DNA of 24,000 nucleotides from Thermanaerothrix solaris (GCF_032334255.1 NZ_JAUHMF010000001.1:1766366-1790365), one strand, 5' to 3'; numbered from the stretch's first letter, positions 9,432-17,773 are shown. Numbers and translations are program-made. Notes: generated by a model from the letters alone, not told the origin.

Positions 9432-9515
9432 TTTCCTCTCCTCTCTGTGTTCATGATTTGATAGATAAGGCTATGATTTGGACGTCCGCTGCCGCAAAGA
9501 AGTTCCCCCCTCAGG

Positions 9516-10076
9516 TCAGCGCAAGAAGAGGATACCCACAAAACCGGCCGCCACCAACACCAGTGGTGCCGGCACGTTGAGCAGGTAAGCGATCAGGCTA
9601 CCACCGGCAATGGCGATAGATACCCAGTTAATCGAGGCCGTGGCTTCCCCCTGGAAGACTTTCCACGCCACCAGCACCATCAGCACAGCCACCGCTGGCG
9701 CTAATCCACGCACAAAGCCACCCACCCAGGCTTCACCGCTTAGCCAGCGCAAGGCCGAAGCCACCGCCAACATCAGCAGGGTGGGCGGCAAGATCGAACC
9801 GACTAGAGCCACCAGCGCGCCAGGCAAGCCACCCACACTGTAACCGACAAACATGGCCAGTTGCAGCGCATCACTGCCGGGCAGGACGCTGGAGAAGCCC
9901 ACCGCCTCCACAAACTGCGCCTCGGTCATCAATTTACCTTCGACCGCCTCTTTATACAGCAACCCCACCGAGGCCGGCCCGGAAGTAGTCAACAGGTTGA
10001 CCTTGAGAAACATCCAGAAAAGCGGCCAGAGGTTATTCACGGCACCGTCCTTTCTACGGTTATCTACAGGTGACAT
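9516..10076 (-). CDS. chromate ion transporter (CHR) family protein, single half-size unit
   Basis: 186 aa, multi-TM, CHR-domain-like (FLKVNLLTTSGPASVGLLYKE...AQFVEAVGFSSVLPGSDALQLAMFVGY). No partner half-gene is adjacent. Confidence 0.72.
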   Translation of the reverse strand: MSPVDNRRKDGAVNNLWPLFWMFLKVNLLTTSGPASVGLLYKEAVEGKLMTEAQFVEAVGFSSVLPGSDALQLAMFVGYSVGGLPGALVALVGSILPPTLLMLAVASALRWLSGEAWVGGFVRGLAPAVAVLMVLVAWKVFQGEATASINWVSIAIAGGSLIAYLLNVPAPLVLVAAGFVGILFLR

Positions 10077-10158
10077 AAAACGGGGAGAACAACAAAATTT
10101 AACCGGTGATGTGCCCGGAATGCGCCGTCTAATGTAAAATTATAAAAGAGGACGGCAA

Positions 10159-10572
10159 ATGGGCAAATCTGAAATGACCCCCGGCCAGGAAGAGCGCCTG
10201 CGGGTGCTGGAGCTGGTCTCCCAGGGGAAGATCAGCGCAGAGGAAGGTGCGCGCCTGATCGAGGCGCTGGAGCGCGGTGAGACGACACCACCACCGACAG
10301 CCGAGCCACAAACCCCGACTTTACGACCGGCCGGCCCGCGCTGGCTGCGAGTGCGCATCACCGATCTGCACAGCGAGCGCACGCTGGTTAACATGCGGCT
10401 GCCGGTCTCGGTGCTGGAAGCCGGGCTCCGCCTTGGTGCCCGCCTGGGTCCCTCCCTGACGGCCGACCAGCAGGCACACATCTTACGCGCCGTGCGCGCC
10501 GGCTACTCCGGCCTGATCCTGGATGTGCGCCATGAGGAAGCGGGTGAGCGGGTGGAAATCCTGCTCGAATGA
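10159..10572 (+). CDS. hypothetical protein with SHOCT/LiaX-YvlB-like N-terminal helix
   Basis: ATG at 10159 follows AAGAGGA and a TAAAAT box. The N-terminal RLRVLELVSQGKISAEEGARLIEALE motif is typical of that short helical module. The rest is unassigned. Confidence 0.6.
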   Translation: MGKSEMTPGQEERLRVLELVSQGKISAEEGARLIEALERGETTPPPTAEPQTPTLRPAGPRWLRVRITDLHSERTLVNMRLPVSVLEAGLRLGARLGPSLTADQQAHILRAVRAGYSGLILDVRHEEAGERVEILLE

Positions 10573-10836
10573 TCAAGCCCCGGGCGCAATCTCCACTGCT
10601 TCGACCGTGACCTCGGGGAAAAACTGCCTGACCGTACCCTCAACCCATCCCTTGAGCGTCACCGGCGAAAGGGGGCAGCCCAGACACGCTCCACCCAGGC
10701 GCACCTGCACCACGTTGCCATCGAATGCCACAAAGTCCACCGATCCGCCGTGATAGGTCTCGATATACGCGCTGAGTTGCTCGATCAGCGCTCGAATCTG
10801 CTCTTCGGTACTAAACTGGGGTGCTTGATCGCCCAT
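10573..10836 (-). CDS. NifU-like (Nfu C-terminal domain) Fe-S scaffold protein
   Basis: GGSVDFVAFDGNVVQVRLGGACLGCPLSPVTLKGWVE carries the CxxC Nfu signature. ATG at 10836 has GGAGGA 6 nt upstream. The track start at 10884 is TTG. Confidence 0.8.
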   Translation of the reverse strand: MGDQAPQFSTEEQIRALIEQLSAYIETYHGGSVDFVAFDGNVVQVRLGGACLGCPLSPVTLKGWVEGTVRQFFPEVTVEAVEIAPGA

Positions 10837-11374
10837 TCTTAATCCTCCGCAGACACTCGCCCTTAAGATCCATCCCACGTCCAATCATATTTAACACGTC
10901 ACCGCGTAAATTGTCCAGCCGTTGGTGAATCAAACCGGCTAAACGCTCCATCAGGATCGCACCGGTATCGGGAAAGTACTCACACAGGTGCTGGAGTTGT
11001 TCACCACGGATGCGCAGTACCTGGCTTTCCTGGACGGCAACTGCCGATGAGGTATAGGTAGAGCGCCCCAATGCCGCCGACCAACCGAAGACCCCACCCG
11101 GCAGAATGTGCGCGACCACCAGAGCCGGGCCATCGTACGGTTTATAGTGAATGGTGACCTCACCACGGAAGAGGATATAGAAGAACTCTGCCCGCGTGCC
11201 CTGAGCAAAGATCTCGGTCTCTGCCGCGTAGGTGTGCTCTTCCATCAGCGTGAGCAAATGGTCCACCTGCTCGGCGCTGAAACCCTGAAAAAGAGGAAAC
11301 GTCAACAGTTCCGCTCTGGACATTGACTTTATGTTAAAACAAAGCCCTGCCGGGGTTGAAGTGGCAAATGTCAT
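10811..11374 (-). CDS. stand-alone cyclic-nucleotide-binding domain protein (no HTH recognised)
   Basis: FPLFQGFSAEQVDHLL...FFYILFRGEVTIHY...GGVFGWSAAL is cNMP-binding-like. An alternative start is ATG at 11323 (MSRAELL). The 3' end overlaps the NifU-like start by 26 nt. Confidence 0.72.
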   Translation of the reverse strand: MTFATSTPAGLCFNIKSMSRAELLTFPLFQGFSAEQVDHLLTLMEEHTYAAETEIFAQGTRAEFFYILFRGEVTIHYKPYDGPALVVAHILPGGVFGWSAALGRSTYTSSAVAVQESQVLRIRGEQLQHLCEYFPDTGAILMERLAGLIHQRLDNLRGDVLNMIGRGMDLKGECLRRIKNGRSSTPV

Positions 11375-11460
11375 CTTCTACAGGATGAAACTTCACCCCT
11401 CAGCAGGGAAAGGCGTCACCACCGCCTGATGTCCTGGCCGCCCCGACGCGGAAGCGGGTT

Positions 11461-11934
11461 TTATCCCAACGCCTGATGCAAAGCCTGCAGGGCTTGCGCG
11501 GCGGTTTCTGCAGCGGCCAGTTGCTCCAACAGGCCGGGGGATTGCAGCAGTTCAACCACTTGCTGGATGAGTTCGACCTGCTTCTCGCGTTCCTTGATCG
11601 CCAGCAGGATGATCACGCGCACATCCAGGCTCACCGAACCATCCGTGCCCATCTGGCCGAAGCGAACCGGGGTTTTCAGCGTGCCAATGGCGACCGCGGT
11701 TTGACGCACGTGCTCCGGATCGGCATGGGGTAGGGCGCTGGCCAAGGGCCGGGTGGGCAAGCCGGTGGGGAAGACCTGCTCGCGTTCCCAAACATCCCGC
11801 GCAAATTCGGGCTCCACGTGCCCGGTCTGTACCAATGCCGCAACCAGGCGCTCCAGCGCCTCGCGCGCATCCTGGGCTTCCAGGTTCAAGACCAGGTGTT
11901 CGGGGCGTAACAGATCCTTAAGCCGATGCTGCAT
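11461..11934 (-). CDS. PTS EIIA component, fructose/mannitol/Ntr (EIIA-2) type, SgcA/GatA-like
   Basis: 157 aa. Has the EIIA-2 layout with a phosphorylatable His context (ASALPHADPEH) and LLAIKEREKQVELIQ. Confidence 0.85.
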   Translation of the reverse strand: MQHRLKDLLRPEHLVLNLEAQDAREALERLVAALVQTGHVEPEFARDVWEREQVFPTGLPTRPLASALPHADPEHVRQTAVAIGTLKTPVRFGQMGTDGSVSLDVRVIILLAIKEREKQVELIQQVVELLQSPGLLEQLAAAETAAQALQALHQALG

Positions 11935-12598
11935 GAGATGAAACCTCGGCGATAGCGTCGCGCAAGCGTTGCAGGTTATCCGATACGGCGTTGTCCTTGA
12001 AAAGCGCCCGCCCGATCACCAGGGTATGGGCGCCAGCGGTCACCACTTGGTGCAGATTCTGGGCATTAATCCCGCCATCCACCACCCATTCCACATCCTC
12101 CAGACCGGGTTGGTGTTTGCCCTGGCGCACCTTTGCTACCACGTCCGGCAAGAAGGGACAGTCGGGCCCCTCGGGCTCGCTGGTCAAGATGAGAATAAAA
12201 TCCAAGTAGGGGCGGAGATAGGCCAGATCCGGCAGGGGGGTAGCCGGGTTGAGCGCAATGCCGGCCCGGGCGCCGGCTTCGACGATCTGGCGCAAGGTAC
12301 GCCGTGGGTACGGACAGGCTTCATAATGCACGGATATGCGGTTAGCGCCCATGCGCACCAGGTCGGGGATCAGCCATTCGGGGTTGACCATCATCAGGTG
12401 CACGTCGAAGGGCAGCGGCGTCAGGGGGCGCAGGTCGGCGATGAGTTTGGTGCCCAGGGTCATCACCGGGACAAATACTCCATCTTCGATATCGAAGTGA
12501 AGGTAGTCCACCCCGGCAGCGGTGAGGGCGTGCACCACTTCTCCCAATCGGTCTAAAGGCGCTGCGGCCAGGGAAGCCGAAATCTTGATTGGCGTCAT
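11918..12598 (-). CDS. ribulose-phosphate 3-epimerase family protein (SgcE-like)
   Basis: MTPIKISASLAAAPL...DYLHFDIEDGVFVP...DVHLMM...VDGGIN. ATG at 12598 overlaps the upstream stop as ATGA. The tracked 309-aa ORF is an artefactual 5' extension. Confidence 0.85.
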   Translation of the reverse strand: MTPIKISASLAAAPLDRLGEVVHALTAAGVDYLHFDIEDGVFVPVMTLGTKLIADLRPLTPLPFDVHLMMVNPEWLIPDLVRMGANRISVHYEACPYPRRTLRQIVEAGARAGIALNPATPLPDLAYLRPYLDFILILTSEPEGPDCPFLPDVVAKVRQGKHQPGLEDVEWVVDGGINAQNLHQVVTAGAHTLVIGRALFKDNAVSDNLQRLRDAIAEVSSHAASA

Positions 12599-13407
12599 GC
12601 CGGTCGGATCATCCTCACTTTGTTCATGATGGCTTTGACCCGTTCTACATCCACCGCATTCCAGGTGTAACCGTCTACTTTGAATGCCGAGCCAATGACC
12701 GCTCCATCCGCAACCGCCAATTGCTCGGCCACGTTCTCCAGGTTGACACCCGTGTTGGCAAAGACCGGTGTGTTGGGCACGGCCTCTTTGACGATTTTCA
12801 GGGTCTGGGTGGAAACTCCGCTTCCCGCGGTCAGGCCAGAGACGCACAACGCATCAGGTCGGGTGTTGAATACGGTCGAACGGGCGATATCGGCGATGTG
12901 GCGCTGGCCGAGGTACGCTGCCGATTCGGGCACGATGTTGAAGAAGAGACGCACGTGCTGGGCGCCGATGCGGTGCTGATGACGGATCACCGCCCCGGGA
13001 TTGGTGTTCCACAGCCCGAAATCCGAGCCATAGACGCCGGTGAACACCTCGCGCACAAACTGCGCCCCCGTTGCCACGGCCAGATCCAGCGAAGCCCGTG
13101 CATCCCACAAGACATTGACGCCGAAGGGAACGTGCACGTGGGGTTTAAGTTGGGCAATCACCGCCGCCATGCACGCCACGGTTACCGCCTCCACCTGGGT
13201 CAAATAGGGCAGGCTGAATTCATTGGAGAACAAGATGGCATCCACACCCCCCGTTTGTAAAGCCTGCACATCAGCCAGGGCACATTCATAAACCCAGTCG
13301 AGGCCTTTGGCGGGATCGTACTGGGGATCGCCGGGCAGGGCACGCAGGTGGCACATGCCGATAATCGGCTTGGAAACGCCGAAGAGTTCTCTAATCCATG
13401 ATTCCAT
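12595..13407 (-). CDS. BtpA/SgcQ family TIM-barrel protein
   Basis: KPIIGMCHLRALPGDPQYD...DAILFSNEF..PY...GVNVLWDA...NTGV is BtpA-like. ATG at 13407 lies 6 nt after GAGGAGG. The track start at 13422 is TTG. Confidence 0.85.
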   Translation of the reverse strand: MESWIRELFGVSKPIIGMCHLRALPGDPQYDPAKGLDWVYECALADVQALQTGGVDAILFSNEFSLPYLTQVEAVTVACMAAVIAQLKPHVHVPFGVNVLWDARASLDLAVATGAQFVREVFTGVYGSDFGLWNTNPGAVIRHQHRIGAQHVRLFFNIVPESAAYLGQRHIADIARSTVFNTRPDALCVSGLTAGSGVSTQTLKIVKEAVPNTPVFANTGVNLENVAEQLAVADGAVIGSAFKVDGYTWNAVDVERVKAIMNKVRMIRPA

Positions 13408-13470
13408 GCGTCGCCTCCTCAATCCAGGGTTTGTGATGATGCGAGCATTATGCTTCCCTTCTCGATTCGG

Positions 13471-14568
13471 TCACCCCCGTGAAAGATCCAGGGCAGGTGA
13501 GAATTTGGTCGCCACGGCGGTAAGCAAGCGGATGGCATGCGCAATATCCGCTTCGTGGCACATCTGGGCCGCGGAATGGGTATACCGTTGGGGGATCGAG
13601 AGCCCCGCAATGACATAACCTCGCTCGCCCAGGTAGAGTTGAAAGGCAGGATCGGTAATGACGCCCACGATGACCTCGCGCTGGGTGGGAATGCCCAATT
13701 CCTGCGCCACGTTTTCGATAAACCGGCGCAGTTTGGGGGATGAGAACAGCCCGCCCAGGGTTCCCCGCCCGTGAAAATCCATCATCTTGACCGCCGGCCC
13801 CTGGCGCATGGCGACCGGATGAAGTGGGTTTTCGGCCGGCGTATCTACCGCTACGGTGATATCCACCGAGATAATCGCGTCGGGTCGGGTGGCATTAACC
13901 ACCGGGAGCGAGCCGCGAATGCTGAATTCCTCTAAGACGGTAAAGGCAAAGATCAGGGTGCAAGGTGGGCGCTGAGCCTGAAAATGCTTGAGCAATTCCA
14001 GCAAAACAAACACCCCCACCCGGTTATCCAACGCTTTAGCGCAGACCATGCCATCGCCAAAGCGGTTGAAGTTGGGCGCGTAGGTCACCGTATCGCCGAC
14101 GCGGATGCCCAGGGCTTCCACCGCCGCGCGGCTGGACACCCCCACATCAATGAACATCTCGTGCACCGAAGGCACACGGTATTTTTCGTCCGCACCGGTC
14201 ACGTGGTGCGATTTGGCCCCGATATAGCCAGGGATACGGCGCCCGTCTTCCGTCTTGATCTCCACCCGCTGTCCCAGAAGCGATTTTTCGGGCATGCCCC
14301 CGATGCGCTCAATGAGCAGAAAACCCTCGGCAGTAATGTTGCGCACGATCAGTCCCAGTTCATCCAGGTGGGCTTGGAGCATCAGGCGGTAATCGGGATA
14401 GGTCGTCCCGCGCAGGATGCCGACGACGTTACCGAGGCGATCCACCCACCACTCATCCACCCAGGGACGAATGGTATCGCGGACAAAAGCGACAATCTCG
14501 TCCTCGTGCCCGGAAACAGCGTGAAACGCGCACAACGTCTCCAATAAAGGCCAGTCATAATGATCCAT
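13471..14568 (-). CDS. M42 family metallopeptidase / FrvX-SgcX-like (cellulase-M type)
   Basis: 365 aa. LCAFHAVSGHEDEI...DRLGNVVG...AHLDELG...KALDNRVG...EEFSIRGS matches the M42 arrangement. Confidence 0.85.
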   Translation of the reverse strand: MDHYDWPLLETLCAFHAVSGHEDEIVAFVRDTIRPWVDEWWVDRLGNVVGILRGTTYPDYRLMLQAHLDELGLIVRNITAEGFLLIERIGGMPEKSLLGQRVEIKTEDGRRIPGYIGAKSHHVTGADEKYRVPSVHEMFIDVGVSSRAAVEALGIRVGDTVTYAPNFNRFGDGMVCAKALDNRVGVFVLLELLKHFQAQRPPCTLIFAFTVLEEFSIRGSLPVVNATRPDAIISVDITVAVDTPAENPLHPVAMRQGPAVKMMDFHGRGTLGGLFSSPKLRRFIENVAQELGIPTQREVIVGVITDPAFQLYLGERGYVIAGLSIPQRYTHSAAQMCHEADIAHAIRLLTAVATKFSPALDLSRG

Positions 14569-14631
14569 ACCAAGTTACCTCGAAGGGTGTGTGGGGAAGG
14601 GCAGGCATCGCCCTTCCCCACCGATGATAGA

Positions 14632-15930
14632 CTATCTCCCAAAGATCAGGCGGGTGATGGTGGTTAGCACCCAGGCAATCCAGTTGCCGCCAGAAAGACC
14701 GGTGATCTGCACCGCGCCCTGGGGGATGGCGTACCCAATATCACGGGCGATCTGGGTCAGCAGGGGCGCAAAGGCGCTGGAGATATAGAGCACCATGGTC
14801 ATGATCAAAATGCCGTAGAGCACCGAGCGGAAGAAGTTCCCCCGCGTCAGCGGCGGCACCATACACACGAAGAACGCCGTTGCGGCCAGGTCAGCGGCGG
14901 GCAGAGTGGTGTTGCCGGGTAGGATGGCGGCCAACAGCAGGGTGATCGGGATCAACAGGATACCGGTGGCAATGGTGATGGGGTGCCCGATCAGGATGGC
15001 CGAATCCAGACCGACGTAGAACTCTCGCCCGGCGAAGCGCTTCTGCATGAAGGTGCGCGCAGCTTCGGAGACCGGGGTCAGCCCTTCCATGAAAATGGCG
15101 ATGATACGCGGGATCAGCAGCATCACGGCCGCCATTTGCACCGCCAGCATCAAGACCTTACCCAACACCTCGTTGAAGGTCATTCCGGCCGGATTTATGC
15201 CGTAAGCCAGGATGCCGAACAGCAAGCCCAGAATCGCCCCCATAATGATCGGCTGGCCAAAAATGCCCAGGCGTTTCTGCAGGGTCTCGGAGTCCCAATA
15301 GACATCGCGCAAGCCGGGGATCTTCTCCACGATCCAGTTGAAGATTTTGATGATTGGCACCGAGGTAATCGCCCAACCCTGGGGAATAGAGATGCCCGGA
15401 AGTTTAAAGAAGCCTTGCACGTCCTTAGCCACCCAGTCGGCGATCAATAGGGCTACCGCGGCGTGGATGGCGGCGGCAATTAACCCCAGCAATAGATTGC
15501 CCCCGCTGACCAGGTAAACCAGCGAACCGGTGAAGGCATAGTGCCAGTAGTTCCACATGTCCACGTTGAGCGTCTTGGTCCAATTGAGCAGGAGCATGAT
15601 CAGGTTGACCCCCAGGGCGACGATAAAGACCAAGGAGCCGACCGCAGTACCAAAGGCGATGGCTGCCGCCACGCCCCACCCCACATCCAGCGAGTTCAGT
15701 TGCAACCCGGTGGACTTAACCAGGGCATCAGTGGCCGGACCCAACGCCTGGAATAAAAGGTTGATTACCAGGCCCAGGCCGATGAAGCCCACCCCGACCG
15801 TGAGCGAGGAGATGAACGCCCGGCTGAGTTTTTGCCCCAAGATGAGGCTCAGAATGAAGATAACAATCGGCAGCATGACCGGCGAACCCAGGCCGGTTAG
15901 AAAATCGAAAATTGATTTGATCGCTTCCAT
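14632..15930 (-). CDS. PTS EIIC permease, galactitol (Gat) family, SgcC/GatC-like
   Basis: 432 aa polytopic protein. The N-terminus MEAIKSIFDFLTGLGSPVMLPIVIFILSLILG is typical of GatC-family EIIC. AAAGGAG ribosome-binding site. Confidence 0.88.
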   Translation of the reverse strand: MEAIKSIFDFLTGLGSPVMLPIVIFILSLILGQKLSRAFISSLTVGVGFIGLGLVINLLFQALGPATDALVKSTGLQLNSLDVGWGVAAAIAFGTAVGSLVFIVALGVNLIMLLLNWTKTLNVDMWNYWHYAFTGSLVYLVSGGNLLLGLIAAAIHAAVALLIADWVAKDVQGFFKLPGISIPQGWAITSVPIIKIFNWIVEKIPGLRDVYWDSETLQKRLGIFGQPIIMGAILGLLFGILAYGINPAGMTFNEVLGKVLMLAVQMAAVMLLIPRIIAIFMEGLTPVSEAARTFMQKRFAGREFYVGLDSAILIGHPITIATGILLIPITLLLAAILPGNTTLPAADLAATAFFVCMVPPLTRGNFFRSVLYGILIMTMVLYISSAFAPLLTQIARDIGYAIPQGAVQITGLSGGNWIAWVLTTITRLIFGR

Positions 15931-15986
15931 CTTTCGTTACTCCTTTCTTCCTCCCGCTTTTGTCACATCGGATGAAACAATGGGAA

Positions 15987-16289
15987 TTAGGATTTTTGTC
16001 GTAGAATTTGTTCGATCTTATCCACCACCTCCTTTACGCCAAATCCAGTTAAGAAAGGAATGCCATCCACCACCGGGATGTCCACATCGAAAGGCACCTG
16101 AGCGGTTGCCACAATCACATCGGCATTCAGGGTCATACCGGGCAGATCTTGAACGCGGCATTGCACGGTTTGCACCTCCAGACCGCGTTCAGCCAACAAT
16201 TCCTTGATCTTAAGGGCTACATGGGTTGAGGTTGCGATGGCCGTACCACAGGCCACTAGGATGGTATAGGTTTTGGGTGCGGTCATCAT
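15987..16289 (-). CDS. PTS EIIB component (GatB/SgcB-like)
   Basis: 100 aa. Active-site Cys context YTILVACGTAIATST. Confidence 0.85.
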   Translation of the reverse strand: MMTAPKTYTILVACGTAIATSTHVALKIKELLAERGLEVQTVQCRVQDLPGMTLNADVIVATAQVPFDVDIPVVDGIPFLTGFGVKEVVDKIEQILRQKS

Positions 16290-16292
16290 GGG

Positions 16293-16811
16293 TTACGCTC
16301 CGCCGAAAAGATCACGAAAGGTTAGTTCAAACATCCAGATGTCGTATTCGTAGGCATCGTCAAAAGGTGGGGGAACGACGGCCAAGAGGCGGAATTTTTT
16401 GCTGGCCAGTTGTGCTTCAAAGCGGGTGGGCACGTTCCCTGGGTTGCCAAACTGAGAGTGGACGATCACAGTTTCGGCGTTCTCGGCATCTTTGAGCCAT
16501 TCGAGCAACGCCTCGGTCTCCGCTGTGATCGAGCCGGGTTCGCAGATCCCCACAATAAACGTATCCCCGCTTTGCGCCAGCACATCTACGGTGAAAGTAT
16601 GCTCATTCAAGCGCACCCGAGGCAGGATAAAGACCTGCTCGGCGCCCTGGTTAAAAAGCGCCCGCGCAACATAGAAGCGGAAAATATGACGTAAATGAGC
16701 GTCCTCATGGGCGGGTTTGAGGATATCACTGCGGAACGCCATGTAGGTTTTGGTGTGCTCGGGAAGAACCCGCATGGGTTCATGGGTGGGATCAAGGGTG
16801 AGGTTCATCAT
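16293..16811 (-). CDS. hypothetical protein embedded in the sgc-like operon
   Basis: ATGATG at 16811-16806 follows GGAGAG and lies 10 nt after the DeoR stop. It ends 3 nt before the EIIB start. No family recognised. The tracked 5' extension to 16886 overlaps the DeoR gene. Confidence 0.62.
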   Translation of the reverse strand: MMNLTLDPTHEPMRVLPEHTKTYMAFRSDILKPAHEDAHLRHIFRFYVARALFNQGAEQVFILPRVRLNEHTFTVDVLAQSGDTFIVGICEPGSITAETEALLEWLKDAENAETVIVHSQFGNPGNVPTRFEAQLASKKFRLLAVVPPPFDDAYEYDIWMFELTFRDLFGGA

Positions 16812-16821
16812 GGCTCTCCGT

Positions 16822-17613
16822 TCAGAGAGCGGGGGTGGTGTGGGCGATAATGACCTTAATACCCGCTTGCTGTAGGGCTTCGACAATCTCGGGGGAGACT
16901 TTGTCGTCGGTGATGAGGCAATCTATGGCCGTGAGGGGGGCAATGGAGGCAAACGCGGTGACACCGAATTTGCTGCTATCGGCGACCACGATTTTCTCGC
17001 GCGCCGTGCGCAGGAGGACTTTTTTGATTTGGGTGTCTTCAAAGTTATATTCGGTCAACCCATCGTCGAGGCTAATCCCGCCGACGCCGATAAAGGCTTT
17101 ATCCACATGCAATTCGTTATAAATCCGTTCGGCGATAGCCCCGATCATCGAGAGTTCACGCGGGCGCACGATCCCGCCGGTCAAGATCAGGCGTGCATCC
17201 ACCTCCAGCGAGAGATGATTGACCACGGCATTGGCAATTTGCAGGCACGAGGTCACGATGGTGAGATTGCGTTTGGTTTTTAGGTGAGGCACAATTTCCA
17301 GCGTGGTGCTGCCCACATCCAGGGCAATGCTGTCGCCATCGTAAATGAGATCAGCAGCGGCGCGTCCTATGGCTTGCTTGGCGGCGTGATTCTTGGTAAC
17401 GCGGGTACTGAAGGGGGGTTCGTAACTACGCCCCAGGTTGGCAACGGCACCACCGTGCACACGGCGCACCAAGCCCTGCCGATCCAGTTCATTCAGGTCG
17501 CGGCGGGCGGTCATCTCGGAGACGTTGAAGAGGCTAGCGATCTCGGCAATCGAGATGCTGCCCTTTTCCAACACCATCTCCACGATTTTGGCCTGGCGCT
17601 CTGCCGTATTCAC
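16822..17613 (-). CDS. DeoR family transcriptional regulator (SgcR-like)
   Basis: N-terminal HTH (ISIAEIASLFNVSEMTARRDLNELDRQGLVRRVHGGA) plus a DeoR C-terminal sugar-phosphate sensor domain. GTG start at 17613 with GGAG 7 nt upstream. Confidence 0.9.
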   Translation of the reverse strand: MNTAERQAKIVEMVLEKGSISIAEIASLFNVSEMTARRDLNELDRQGLVRRVHGGAVANLGRSYEPPFSTRVTKNHAAKQAIGRAAADLIYDGDSIALDVGSTTLEIVPHLKTKRNLTIVTSCLQIANAVVNHLSLEVDARLILTGGIVRPRELSMIGAIAERIYNELHVDKAFIGVGGISLDDGLTEYNFEDTQIKKVLLRTAREKIVVADSSKFGVTAFASIAPLTAIDCLITDDKVSPEIVEALQQAGIKVIIAHTTPAL

Positions 17614-17635
17614 CGCTCACTCCGCTTTTTGTTTG

Positions 17636-17658
17636 AATTTGTTTATATGATACAAATT
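17636..17658. promoter_or_regulatory. inverted repeat AATTTGT-N9-ACAAATT, candidate DeoR-type operator
   Basis: Read directly. It overlaps the predicted -10 of the minus-strand promoter. TTTGTT also occurs three times (17628, 17638, 17660). Confidence 0.45.
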
Positions 17659-17675
17659 ATTTGTTCGAATGTCAA
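17647..17675 (-). promoter_or_regulatory. sigma70-type promoter for the DeoR/sgc-like operon
   Basis: The minus strand reads TTGACA (17675-17670), a 17-nt spacer, then TATCAT (17652-17647), about 35 nt upstream of the GTG start. Confidence 0.55.
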
Positions 17676-17701
17676 TCGGTTTAACACCCCAATTTTCCCC
17701 C

Positions 17702-17730
17702 TTGACACAGGAGTTTTCTGGATGTAAAAT
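17702..17730 (+). promoter_or_regulatory. sigma70-type promoter for the membrane protein / regulator / ABC operon
   Basis: TTGACA (17702-07), 17-nt spacer, TAAAAT (17725-30), 44 nt before ATG at 17774. Confidence 0.6.
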
Positions 17731-17773
17731 AACTACAAACAAGTCTGTATTGCAAACTGGTATGTGAGGATTT

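Noticed and set aside
12599-12847. N-terminal 83 codons of the tracked 309-aa ORF 11918..12847
   Set aside because: The extension is Gly/Arg/Cys-rich and lies entirely inside the BtpA/SgcQ-like gene in another frame. The epimerase homology begins at MTPIKISAS (ATG 12598), which overlaps the upstream stop as ATGA.
2049-17727. Long antisense or alternative-frame ORFs: 2049..2558+, 3082..3681+, 3880..4491+, 5102..5635+, 12589..13260+, 13984..14547+, 15557..16207+, 17284..17727+, 17803..18294+ and similar
   Set aside because: Each lies wholly within a confidently assigned gene on the other strand or in another frame. Each shows the Arg/Gly/His/Gln-rich bias expected of shadow ORFs in high-GC DNA.
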